IMG/VR virus record: IMGVR_UViG_3300025030_000105
Location: 1 to 62,980 of that record
Strand: one strand, 5' to 3'
Origin: a virus
Lineage: Duplodnaviria; Caudoviricetes
Length of the DNA: 62,980 nucleotides
Both the position numbers and the translations under genes were made by a program. Shown one piece after another: positions 1 to 8,422 of this stretch. The stretch's first letter is position 1. Every line of letters starts with the position of its first letter. The notes beneath the pieces were generated by a model. That model was not told the DNA's origin. It made no database searches and saw only the letters and a program-made list of their open reading frames with translations.

Positions 1-167
1 GCAGGAGCGCAGGAGCGCAGGAGCGCAGGAGCGCAGGAGCGCAGGAGCGCAGGAGCGCAGGAGCGCAGGAGCGCAGGAGCGCAGGAGCGCAGGAGCGCAG
101 GAGCGCAGGAGCGCAGGAGCGCAGGAGCGCAGGAGCGCAGGAGCGCAGGAGCGCAGGAGCGCAGGAG
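1..167. repeat. Tandem array of 8-bp unit GCAGGAGC (left part, ~20.9 copies)
   Basis: Perfect GCAGGAGC repeats from base 1 to 160 plus a partial GCAGGAG; the same array occurs at the right end. Confidence 0.99.
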
Positions 168-329
168 TACTGTGCATATGTCACATTTAGATTGCCATCT
201 GTAAGCCGATCAACACCTTGTCAATGCATTAGCACGCGCCAAAATATCGACGCGCACAAGTCACCCTCACAACAATCGGTAATTGTGAATCATTATGTTA
301 TTGAATGTTAACTGAGCACCATTATTTAT

Positions 330-358
330 TTGACAATCAGGTATCAATGCTATACTAT
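330..358 (+). promoter_or_regulatory. sigma70-type early promoter
   Basis: TTGACA(330-335)-17 bp-TACTAT(353-358) with AT-rich upstream DNA, ahead of the first ORF. Confidence 0.75.
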
Positions 359-412
359 GTAATTAAGAGAGTGAGTTAATTGATTAACAACCAAACTGAG
401 AGGGGTGACAAC

Positions 413-676
413 ATGAAGAACACAACATTGCGACGCAAGGTAGAAGACATCTTGCGCAAACAGGACAATAACAGGCCCCTGTATAAAGTGGCCGCATTGC
501 TTGGCATTGGTTGCGCCGAGCACGGTGGCCATGAATACGCAGACAAAACCTGCTCCAAGTGCGGAGCAGTATATTGCTACTCCTGTTGCGGTTCCCAGAA
601 CGTGGACCAAGGCGGGAAGCACTCCCCTGACTACATGTTGTGCCCGGTCTGCGGACACGACTGGTACGCCGGCTAA
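413..676 (+). CDS. Small Cys-rich (zinc-finger-like) early protein
   Basis: AGGGG SD before ATG 413; CxxC, CxxCC and CxxC motifs. Confidence 0.75.
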   Translation: MKNTTLRRKVEDILRKQDNNRPLYKVAALLGIGCAEHGGHEYADKTCSKCGAVYCYSCCGSQNVDQGGKHSPDYMLCPVCGHDWYAG

Positions 677-741
677 TAAACGGCGTACCTCGGACCTGAG
701 CAGGTCGCTAAACTGCTCAACTTTTTCGGCGGGGCAATAGC

Positions 742-778
742 AAGGCCGGACTATCAATGCGATAGTCCGGCCTTTTTT
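742..778 (+). terminator. Intrinsic terminator
   Basis: 14-bp stem AAGGCCGGACTATC/GATAGTCCGGCCTT, 5-nt loop, T-run. Confidence 0.8.
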
Positions 779-798
779 CTTTTCATAGGGGTGACAAC

Positions 799-1047
799 AT
801 GAAGAACATCGGAACGACCGAGTATTTACTTCCCGACTTTTGGGCGAGCCCACTAATAAATGATGACTACTCCGGCCTGAGCGATGAAGACGACAATGCA
901 CTCAATTACTGGCTTGCCGCAAATGACCCTGGCTATTGTGTAGGATGCAGCGAAGAAAGCGAGTTTACCGCCTGGCATGATGCACGCGCATATGTCCTGG
1001 CTTGCGACTGTTTAACCTTTACGTTTTATAAAGAGGTGACCAAATGA
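799..1047 (+). CDS. Small acidic early hypothetical protein
   Basis: SD shared with ORF 413; ATGA overlap with the next gene. Confidence 0.75.
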   Translation: MKNIGTTEYLLPDFWASPLINDDYSGLSDEDDNALNYWLAANDPGYCVGCSEESEFTAWHDARAYVLACDCLTFTFYKEVTK

Positions 1048-1436
1048 AAACCAGATACGAATATGATATAACCAAGATTGAGGGACCGGACGCCGATATT
1101 GAAACGTCCTTGAAAGAATACGGTATTGCCTGGATTGAAGGGCCGGAAGACATCATTTTTTACTACGGTATCGAACACGACGATACTGGATATGTCCGGT
1201 TTGACTTCTGTGTTATCGACAGGAACCTAGATATCAAGAACGAATATGATTGGGCGGAGTTCGACCGGGTAAGCGCCTCCATCGGTTCCGATATCTTTGA
1301 AGGTTCGCTTATTCAGCAAATTCAAGACTTAGTATCTTATTATGGATATGAAGAAATCTTCGGTTCTTCGTATTGGGCCGGGATACCCTACGAAGGCGTA
1401 TTTGATCGATGTTATATCGAAAGGGGGGAATTATGA
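1044..1436 (+). CDS. Acidic early hypothetical protein
   Basis: GAGGTG SD; coupled overlaps at both ends. Confidence 0.75.
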   Translation: MKTRYEYDITKIEGPDADIETSLKEYGIAWIEGPEDIIFYYGIEHDDTGYVRFDFCVIDRNLDIKNEYDWAEFDRVSASIGSDIFEGSLIQQIQDLVSYYGYEEIFGSSYWAGIPYEGVFDRCYIERGEL

Positions 1437-1630
1437 AACACTTATACGAATTAGCACTGAGCAAGTACCAAAACCATCTCAACATCATTCAGCACCTCAA
1501 AATGCTGGGGGCGATGACTGAAGAAGTCTACCTGGAGAGCCGGGAATCGGCTGCAAAGTTGTGGGCAGCCGATAACGATATGATTGCTCATCTTGAGATA
1601 CGGCAAAACTTTATTAACGAGGTGGCTTGA
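1433..1630 (+). CDS. Hypothetical protein
   Basis: GGGGG SD; ATGA overlap. Confidence 0.6.
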   Translation: MKHLYELALSKYQNHLNIIQHLKMLGAMTEEVYLESRESAAKLWAADNDMIAHLEIRQNFINEVA

Positions 1631-1711
1631 CCCCTGCTAGAACCGGGAACTGAGGTGTCCCGGTTTTGTGGAGTGGTTAAAGATAAAAAATTCAAAATAG
1701 GAGAAACGACA

Positions 1712-2347
1712 ATGAGAACTATTGAAACAAAAGTATACAAATTTGATGATTTGATGGAAGAAGGGAAAGAGAACGCGCGCGACTGGTGGAGAGGCTGCGA
1801 AAACCAAGACAGCTCTTTCTCTGAGTTCGTCTATGAAGATGCCGCGACAATCGCCGGTCTTTTCGGCCTGGATATCAATACTCGCAGAGTAACATTAATG
1901 GGAGGCGGTCATAGGTATGATCCTGCTATCTACTATTCTGGCTTCTCTTCGCAGGGTGACGGCGCTTGTTTCGAGGGTCGTTATGAGTATAAGAAAGGTG
2001 CACTCAAAGCGGTCAAGGAGTACGCGCCGCAAGATATAGAGTTACATAGTATCGCCCTTGCCTTGCAGCAGGCGCAAGCGAAAAACTTTTACCGTGTAGT
2101 TTGTCGCACCGCGCACAGTGGGCACTATTATCATAGTGGATGCATGCGGGTTGCCTGCGAAAACCGGGAAGACAGTTACTATGAAGTAGCCGGCGAAGAC
2201 GATTTCCGTCAAGCTTTGCGGGAGTTTGCCGACTGGATTTATTCGCGCCTGGAAGCCGAATACGATTGGATAATGGCGGATGAACAAGTCGATGAAAACA
2301 TTAGGGTCGGTGAATATGAGTTTACCGAAGGAGGCAAGATAAAATGA
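1712..2347 (+). CDS. Conserved phage early protein of unknown function
   Basis: AGGAG SD; YSGFSSQGDGACF motif and acidic C-terminus of a kind seen in phage/plasmid early proteins. Confidence 0.75.
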   Translation: MRTIETKVYKFDDLMEEGKENARDWWRGCENQDSSFSEFVYEDAATIAGLFGLDINTRRVTLMGGGHRYDPAIYYSGFSSQGDGACFEGRYEYKKGALKAVKEYAPQDIELHSIALALQQAQAKNFYRVVCRTAHSGHYYHSGCMRVACENREDSYYEVAGEDDFRQALREFADWIYSRLEAEYDWIMADEQVDENIRVGEYEFTEGGKIK

Positions 2348-2517
2348 CCAAAGAAGAAAAAAAGCAAAAACTCCGCCGGTTTATGTCACTATACCAGCTT
2401 CGTCTGAAAGATCAAGATCCCGCCGATCTGCCAGATTGGGGCACTACGTTCGTGCCGCCTGCGCAGGAGGAAGAAACCGAGGAATTTTATTGTGTTGGCG
2501 AGTTAAATTTTGAATAA
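2344..2517 (+). CDS. Hypothetical protein (57 aa, not in ORF track)
   Basis: GGAGG SD, ATGA overlap, MTKEEKKQKL...LNFE. Confidence 0.5.
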   Translation: MTKEEKKQKLRRFMSLYQLRLKDQDPADLPDWGTTFVPPAQEEETEEFYCVGELNFE

Positions 2518-2530
2518 GGGGGGAAGAAAA

Positions 2531-2746
2531 ATGAATGTAACGGACGCTCTACTACTCAAAGATGGCGATAAAGTACGGGTGACCTATACTCCCGCACCAG
2601 GGCACGGCCCAAAAATAAACGCACCAGGCACGGTCAGGGGTGTAGTTTCTGGAAAAGAAACGGACAAATATGTATGGGTGTGTGTCTACATCCCGAGCCA
2701 GTTGCAAGCAAGCTGCTTTGCTTCGCACTTTGTTTCTAAACTTTAA
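2531..2746 (+). CDS. Hypothetical protein (SH3/KOW-like)
   Basis: GGGGG SD; LKDGDKVRV...GTV pattern. Confidence 0.6.
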   Translation: MNVTDALLLKDGDKVRVTYTPAPGHGPKINAPGTVRGVVSGKETDKYVWVCVYIPSQLQASCFASHFVSKL

Positions 2747-2758
2747 GGAGAAAGAAAA

Positions 2759-3424
2759 ATGAACTTACCAAAAAGCAAACTCACAAAGAGCCAAAAAATA
2801 ACCATGTCAAAAGTCAAGGGCAATGAGAAACTTGTCGTAACTATCCGACATGATGATGAGTGCGGCAACGGGCACAACTCATTTTCGGTTACCGGGACAC
2901 TGTTTGAAAAACTGAATAACGGCCAGTGGAGAGACTATAGTTGTGGAATGCTCCACGACGAGGTTGCAAGATTTTTCCCGGAACTTATACCCTATCTCAA
3001 ATGGCACTTGTGTAGTACCGATGGGCCGATGCACTATATAGCCAACACAATGTACCACGCGAACGACAAGGATTGTCACGGACTGCGGAAAGAGGAAATC
3101 AAGCAAATAAAGAATGGCAAGACCGGCCTACCCTGCTGGAAACTTAAAGTAGTGGACGATAAAGGAAACGAAGTATCTCGCCGAAATATCGAAGAATATG
3201 CGGACGCTGAAGAATGCCCTACTGTAGCTTATAAGTATGAATACAGACCGTTCTGCCGGATTGGAGAAGGAAAAACTCCGGACCTTGAAGCAGCTCGGTC
3301 GTGCGCCGTGTGGCCTGACGCTACTTTGGAACAACTCCAAGACAAAGGGGCTTTACTTGCTCGTCTGCCTGGCCTGATGGAGGAATTTAAAACAGCGGTT
3401 GAAAGCCTAGGACTTGTATACTAA
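2759..3424 (+). CDS. Conserved phage hypothetical protein
   Basis: AGGAG SD; DDECGNGHNSFS and KWHL..DGPMHY motifs. Confidence 0.75.
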   Translation: MNLPKSKLTKSQKITMSKVKGNEKLVVTIRHDDECGNGHNSFSVTGTLFEKLNNGQWRDYSCGMLHDEVARFFPELIPYLKWHLCSTDGPMHYIANTMYHANDKDCHGLRKEEIKQIKNGKTGLPCWKLKVVDDKGNEVSRRNIEEYADAEECPTVAYKYEYRPFCRIGEGKTPDLEAARSCAVWPDATLEQLQDKGALLARLPGLMEEFKTAVESLGLVY

Positions 3425-3974
3425 TGTTACACACCGAAGGGCGGAGAGCATCCCGCCCTTGTATCTTTTTTGTTACACTAAATGTATCTAGTGATACATT
3501 CACAGAGAGCCAAAACCTTTAGTGTGGTAGTAACAGAAAGATACACCGAACAAGGTAAAATATCTCCTGATACCAAGGAAATGTCAGGGGAGCCATACAC
3601 GATTGTTGCGGTGCAACAAAGTTGATTTTGCTCGGATGGAGAGAAAAACCCTATGCGATGTAACAGAAAGATACTCCGATCCAGGAGGCGCGGCCGAAAT
3701 GCCTAACAAGTCGGTCGGCGACTTTTTACGCGAAAAACGAGAAAAACCGAAAAATGAGGTATCAAAAAGATACACAGCTTAAGGCTTCGCTTAAATGCGA
3801 TTTTGAAATCATTGAACATTTTTTCGTGTTTTTGTCAGGTTGAGGTATCAGGTGATACCGACTGAAGGGGGTGGCGGAAACGGACCGGCTGCGTAAGTCC
3901 ACCAAATGATTGAATAACCACTACTGGAATTGCTATTATATATATATTTGTATATATAGAGAGATAGATATATA

Positions 3975-4075
3975 AGAAATCAGAACAGCGTGGGAAATGT
4001 CCGATTGCTCGCTGGAGTACCTCAGCAACCACAAAATCTAGCTAATAAGACATTTCCCACGCTGTTCTGATTTCT
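3975..4075. repeat. 27-bp perfect inverted repeat with 47-bp spacer
   Basis: AGAAATCAGAACAGCGTGGGAAATGTC (3975-4001) and its reverse complement (4049-4075). Confidence 0.95.
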
Positions 4076-4192
4076 ATAGTTGCCCCTACTCTTCAAAAAA
4101 CCCGCTTTTTACAACTATCACTATATCGTGTCAGCATTAAGGAGTGTAATCAGGTACTTACCGAGAATCAGCACCACATGATACTTTTCCGC

Positions 4193-4220
4193 TTGACTTT
4201 GCCCCTGGATTTAGTATAAT
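4193..4220 (+). promoter_or_regulatory. sigma70-type promoter
   Basis: TTGACT-16 bp-TATAAT upstream of ORF 4251. Confidence 0.7.
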
Positions 4221-4250
4221 TAAGACATACCAACACTAGAGGAATAAAGA

Positions 4251-4439
4251 ATGAGAGACGGATACTTGAAGAGAGACCAAAACGAAATGCGAACCGCAAA
4301 GCGGATTTATTGGCGCTCCTGCTGGCGCACAGTAAACGCTGAGGGGCACGATCTAGTTCAGCCATGGTCGTGGACGAAGGGCGAGGCGAGGAAGACCGCC
4401 GTGGCTTGCAGCATAAAAATTCTGGGAGAGCTAAAGTGA
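4251..4439 (+). CDS. Hypothetical protein
   Basis: GAGGA SD after the promoter; overlaps the next start. Confidence 0.55.
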   Translation: MRDGYLKRDQNEMRTAKRIYWRSCWRTVNAEGHDLVQPWSWTKGEARKTAVACSIKILGELK

Positions 4440-4981
4440 AAACAGGCTTGCGAGGGAAAATCGGGCGGACGACAATAGGAGGAGTGAGTTACTGGCACGC
4501 CTACACTCCTGAGGGGCGAGAGATGTTGTCCGCAACAAGGGACGAACTATTACTGAAGTGCGCCCTTGAAGGAATGCTTAGAAAAGCAAAACCCGGCATG
4601 ACTGGGAAAGAGCTTAAGTACATCCGACAACGGCTGAATAGGACCATCGCCGCGATAGCCGCAGAACATGCCAAGTCGCCTAGAATGTGGGAGGATATGG
4701 AAGCCGGGAGACGCGATATCCCAGACGACCTGGAGCTTGATATCCGCTTGGCCGCAGAGGAGGCCCAAATCGCTCCATACGGGATTGTTGAGCCTGTGGT
4801 CACTCCAAGGCATCTGAGAGTGTATCGTCGCACTAAGGGGCTAAATCAGGCTGAATTTGCCGCATTACTCGGCGTAGCCTTAAAGACGCTCGCCCGATGG
4901 GAATCCGGAGGAAGAAAGATTCCTCCGTACGTATTATACGCGCTACGAAAATTAAATAAGGAGGAAAACCATGAACTGTAA
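4436..4981 (+). CDS. Tandem XRE-family HTH protein
   Basis: Two HTH_3-like units (MTGKELKYIRQRL...WEDMEAG and TPRHLRVYRRTKGLNQAEFAALLGV...RWESG); GTG start overlapping the previous TGA. Confidence 0.8.
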   Translation: MKTGLRGKIGRTTIGGVSYWHAYTPEGREMLSATRDELLLKCALEGMLRKAKPGMTGKELKYIRQRLNRTIAAIAAEHAKSPRMWEDMEAGRRDIPDDLELDIRLAAEEAQIAPYGIVEPVVTPRHLRVYRRTKGLNQAEFAALLGVALKTLARWESGGRKIPPYVLYALRKLNKEENHEL

Positions 4982-5189
4982 AACACTGAAGACCTATAAG
5001 GTAACTTGGGAGATGGAGCTTGGTGCTACCTCTCCACGCGAAGCGGCTGAACTCGCCCTTGAGATACAGAGAGACCCGTTAAGCTCCGCTACCGTCTTCA
5101 CCGTCGTAGACACCTACGACATGCAAGCGTGGGAAGAGACCATTGACCTTAAAGAGGCAGAAGAGGAGAAAGACAATGAACTACCTTGA
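4971..5189 (+). CDS. Hypothetical protein
   Basis: GGAGG SD; A.SPREAAE motif. Confidence 0.7.
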   Translation: MNCKTLKTYKVTWEMELGATSPREAAELALEIQRDPLSSATVFTVVDTYDMQAWEETIDLKEAEEEKDNELP

Positions 5190-5646
5190 TACAAGAGACC
5201 TTTACAAGAGGCAGGAAGAATTGAAATGGGAGCTTGAAGGCTTGCAGTCTCTTCTCGAAGAGGCGGGAGAGCAGTATACCGAAGCGTGCGACGCCCTACA
5301 GTACGACAAAACCGCCGACGCGGTAGAAGCTAAGGACGAGGCAGAAATCGCCCTACAGGAGGCAACCTCGGCCCTTGCCGACTGGCAAGAAGAGAATCAA
5401 GCGGAGCTTGATGAGTTGAACGCGCTGGAGCGCGAAGTCGGCAGGGAGTGGATGCACGGAGAAACGCTTATCCCTGAGAGTGAGTTCGTGAGCTACACGC
5501 AAGAGCTTGCCGATATCATCGGCGCGACCGCCGGAGATGGTTCATCCTGGCTCGTAATCGACGGGGAAGCGACAGCGGAAGGACTGAAGCAGGACTACTC
5601 AGAGGCGGAGTTTCAAGGTACAACGTACCTGTTCCGAGCAAACTAA
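5176..5646 (+). CDS. Acidic ArdA-like (antirestriction / DNA-mimic-like) protein
   Basis: Very D/E-rich coiled coil; C-terminal ID.EA.A..LK.DY....F.G.TY resembles the ArdA C-terminal pattern. Confidence 0.5.
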   Translation: MNYLDTRDLYKRQEELKWELEGLQSLLEEAGEQYTEACDALQYDKTADAVEAKDEAEIALQEATSALADWQEENQAELDELNALEREVGREWMHGETLIPESEFVSYTQELADIIGATAGDGSSWLVIDGEATAEGLKQDYSEAEFQGTTYLFRAN

Positions 5647-5657
5647 GGAGAAAGACG

Positions 5658-6092
5658 ATGAAAATCGGCGACAAAGTAAAAATTACGGACGGGTCATACG
5701 CGGTAAGGATAGATGAATACCACCGGGTAACCAGTATTGGGATGTGCAGAGACGATTTCGAGATTGTTTTTGTCGAAAACCCCAAATTAACTTGCTGGGA
5801 CGGATCAGCAGCGCATGACATCCATATTAAGAACCTCAAAACAGGAGCTATTTACATCCACTCCTCCTGCATGGTGAAGAAGGTCGGACGAAGGCGCGTA
5901 CTCAACCAAGTACGGCTGATGCAGGTCTTAACTGCGGAAGGGTATATTCCCATCGGAGGTGGGTTCGGCAAGTACGAGGAACTGGGTTTGTACTTTGATA
6001 ATAGTATGTGGAAGTATTGTGAGAAGGAGATCGACGAAACGCTACGCCTCGGCTACTTCCTGTTCAAAGAATCTTGGACTGAGGAATATTGA
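5658..6092 (+). CDS. Hypothetical protein
   Basis: AAGGAG SD; KIGDKVKI start. Confidence 0.7.
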   Translation: MKIGDKVKITDGSYAVRIDEYHRVTSIGMCRDDFEIVFVENPKLTCWDGSAAHDIHIKNLKTGAIYIHSSCMVKKVGRRRVLNQVRLMQVLTAEGYIPIGGGFGKYEELGLYFDNSMWKYCEKEIDETLRLGYFLFKESWTEEY

Positions 6093-6093
6093 A

Positions 6094-6309
6094 GTGAATC
6101 CCTTCACGCCTAAGCACCTGAAGGCTTTCCGCCGACATTTCGGCCTGAGCCAGGCAAGGGCAGCTTCGCTCCTTGGGATGACCCGAGTGTCGTGGTGCCG
6201 GTGGGAGACAGGAGCAAGTCCGTTGCCGGTGTATTTACGCTTCGCGCTAATCGGTCTGGGCCGGGAGCTTAAAAAGGCAGGGGAGCCTGCCAAGGAGGAC
6301 AAAGCCTAA
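6094..6309 (+). CDS. Small XRE HTH protein (Aca-like)
   Basis: LKAFRRHFGLSQARAASLLGM...RWETG..P.P.YLRFAL. Confidence 0.75.
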   Translation: MNPFTPKHLKAFRRHFGLSQARAASLLGMTRVSWCRWETGASPLPVYLRFALIGLGRELKKAGEPAKEDKA

Positions 6310-6397
6310 TGTTCACAATAGCCCTGCTAATTGTTCTCGTCCTCGCCTTCCTCATCATCGGCGCGGGGATGGACAAAGACTGAAAAGGAGGTACGAA

Positions 6398-6655
6398 GTG
6401 ACGAAAAAAGGTAAGTGCCTATATTGCGAGTTTCACGAACTCACCGGCAAGAAGTTCGCTTGTCGAAACAAGGCTGAGGGCGTAAGGCTTAAGACGGTGA
6501 GCAAGTATGCTGCTCCAGCCTGCAAGTCCCGGCATTTGCCACACGCCTGCGAAACGACAGGACTGGAAGAGGCGTACCCAGAAAAATTCAGTCCTGCTTT
6601 CCTGGAAGGAGTGTGCGAGAACTGGAGATTAAAATCTTATGAGGAGGAGAGATGA
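6398..6655 (+). CDS. Cys-rich hypothetical protein
   Basis: AGGAGGT SD; CxxC motif. Confidence 0.7.
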   Translation: MTKKGKCLYCEFHELTGKKFACRNKAEGVRLKTVSKYAAPACKSRHLPHACETTGLEEAYPEKFSPAFLEGVCENWRLKSYEEER

Positions 6656-6813
6656 AAGACCGACTACATCGGCCCCAGGCCGACGCCTGCAAGGACTACG
6701 GATCAAACCATCCGGTTCAGAGAACCAGGTGGAAGGAGAAACTTTTTCTCATCTTCCTCGCAGGGCTTGCACTTTTAAATTTGTGGTTTATACTGGCCTC
6801 CGGGCCGAACTGA
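6652..6813 (+). CDS. Small membrane protein (53 aa)
   Basis: GGAGG SD, ATGA overlap, hydrophobic C-terminus LFLIFLAGLALLNLWFIL. Confidence 0.55.
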   Translation: MKDRLHRPQADACKDYGSNHPVQRTRWKEKLFLIFLAGLALLNLWFILASGPN

Positions 6814-6825
6814 GGAGGAAACTAC

Positions 6826-6999
6826 ATGTGTATTTTCCACAAGTGGGGGAAATGGGAGCAGTATACCCAGATAGTTCTAGAACGTAGGATCTCCATGCGG
6901 TACGTCCTGAGCAGCACTAAGGAGTACAGGCAGAGGAAGCAATGCGCGAAGTGTGGGAAAGTCAAGGACGAACTGATAAATGAAGTAATTTTAGATTGA
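6826..6999 (+). CDS. Small Zn-binding phage protein (57 aa)
   Basis: GAGGAGG SD; MCIFHKW...QCAKCGK. Confidence 0.65.
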   Translation: MCIFHKWGKWEQYTQIVLERRISMRYVLSSTKEYRQRKQCAKCGKVKDELINEVILD

Positions 7000-7008
7000 G
7001 GAGAACAA

Positions 7009-7221
7009 ATGAACTACACCCAATTAAGAAACTCACTTATTCCCGCCGCCCTCCACGCGGCAAAGCAACGTGTTCTCGCCCTCGGGCGGGAGTTCGAGAC
7101 CCGAGTAAATGGGACGATCGGAGAGTACACCCACTATTTCGAAACTGAGTTTTTCCACAAGGAGATGACTCGCAGAGTCAAGGATGCCCTTGCAGGGCAA
7201 GGAAAGGAGGAAACGAATTGA
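7009..7221 (+). CDS. Hypothetical protein
   Basis: GAGGAG SD. Confidence 0.65.
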   Translation: MNYTQLRNSLIPAALHAAKQRVLALGREFETRVNGTIGEYTHYFETEFFHKEMTRRVKDALAGQGKEETN

Positions 7222-7418
7222 CGACATACAAATTAGACAAACCATACAAGCTGGAACAGCTTCACGCCCGCTTCTCAGGGAAGCGAAAAAACGCAGTCTG
7301 GCCCGCAAGCAAGGGTCAAGCGATCAGGCCCGACAAGGTCGGCCAGCCGAAAGGGAAGGCGGAGATTAAGGCCCTTAAGAGGGCGAGGACGAAGGCGTTC
7401 CGCCAGGAACAGGTATGA
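7218..7418 (+). CDS. Basic hypothetical protein
   Basis: GGAGG SD, TTG start, overlaps at both ends. Confidence 0.55.
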   Translation: MTTYKLDKPYKLEQLHARFSGKRKNAVWPASKGQAIRPDKVGQPKGKAEIKALKRARTKAFRQEQV

Positions 7419-7600
7419 ACGACCTGAAGGACCTACGGTCCAAGCTCCACCGGACCCAGGCTGAAATGGCCGCACTTTTCGGTGTGACGAAACTCACATG
7501 GGGGAGGTGGGAGCGCGGGGAGTTCACACCTCTTCCTGTGTACAGGAAGAAACTTGCTAAATTACTTGCGTTCGTGGGGCGAACGAAGGAGGAAGTATGA
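7415..7600 (+). CDS. Small XRE HTH protein
   Basis: LKDLRSKLHRTQAEMAALFGV...RWERG. Confidence 0.8.
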   Translation: MNDLKDLRSKLHRTQAEMAALFGVTKLTWGRWERGEFTPLPVYRKKLAKLLAFVGRTKEEV

Positions 7601-7989
7601 GCACAAGGTGCAACATAATTATCAAGGATGAGTACAACTCAATTCAGCTTTACCGCCATTGCGACGGATACCCAGAAAGCGAACACGGAGTAATCGCGAC
7701 CTTACCGCAGGCGTTAAAATTCGCATGGCCTCTACCAAGGATGGAAGCGTCCGACATGGCGGCAGCGGTTATCGCCGCATGGAAGCAGCAGGGCGGGGGC
7801 AACATCTACGTTGATGGGGAGGCCCACTTACCGGACTCTTTGCATGGGGACATTGATTACTACTACGTAATCAGCCCGCAGGCCGCCGCAGGCCGGTGGC
7901 TGGTTGAGTGCTTCGAGTCGAGGGCGAAGATGCCGTTTTGGTCAGGGTTTATCGGAGACGAGTATCCTGGGAGGAGGGGCGGCGAATGA
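7597..7989 (+). CDS. Conserved phage hypothetical protein
   Basis: MSTRCNI...LYRHCDGYP motif. Confidence 0.75.
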   Translation: MSTRCNIIIKDEYNSIQLYRHCDGYPESEHGVIATLPQALKFAWPLPRMEASDMAAAVIAAWKQQGGGNIYVDGEAHLPDSLHGDIDYYYVISPQAAAGRWLVECFESRAKMPFWSGFIGDEYPGRRGGE

Positions 7990-8231
7990 AAATAGTCTCC
8001 CAAGAAATAAGAAAAATAGGCAGCCACTGGACCACGGTCTACCTCTGCTCCGACGGGGAGGAGCGCACGGCGAGACAACTCGCCTCCTATTGTGGCTACG
8101 CCAGGCCGAGCAACCTCTACCAGAGGCTGAAAGCTGGGGACCGGGGACCGTTTACGCGGGTCAAGAACATTGCGTCTGGGAAGGGAAACTCTGTTTGGCA
8201 GAGCTTAGACCACAGAGGGCTTTTTTCATGA
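7986..8231 (+). CDS. Hypothetical protein
   Basis: ATGA overlaps at both ends. Confidence 0.55.
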   Translation: MKIVSQEIRKIGSHWTTVYLCSDGEERTARQLASYCGYARPSNLYQRLKAGDRGPFTRVKNIASGKGNSVWQSLDHRGLFS

Positions 8232-8422
8232 AGATTCTAGTGATTGGAGATCAATCGGAACAGCGACAAGAAATTTTTCAGTGTTGGGCGGATAAGCACG
8301 GACACGAAGTAGTCCACAAGACACAGGAAGAGTTTTGCCAAGGACAGGAGGTATCAGGAGTATGGGTAGATGAGGTATCAGATTTTGTCATGCACCCTTG
8401 GAGCCGGAGGAAGAAACGATGA
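8228..8422 (+). CDS. Hypothetical protein
   Basis: MKILVIGD; ATGA overlaps, coupled to the polymerase start. Confidence 0.5.
   Translation: MKILVIGDQSEQRQEIFQCWADKHGHEVVHKTQEEFCQGQEVSGVWVDEVSDFVMHPWSRRKKR

Larger units (their letters stand above)
3425..4250. other. Large non-coding region; candidate replication origin or regulatory hub
   Basis: ~820 bp with no credible ORF, repeated GTATC/GATAC/GTAAC boxes, AT-rich tract ~3935-3975, long inverted repeat. Confidence 0.55.

Noticed and set aside
1-167. CRISPR array or coding repeat
   Set aside because: No spacers; the frames are stop-free but have no start or SD context
6767-6794. Promoter-like TTGCAC-16-TATACT
   Set aside because: Lies within a plausible membrane-protein ORF and is explained by Leu/Phe codons
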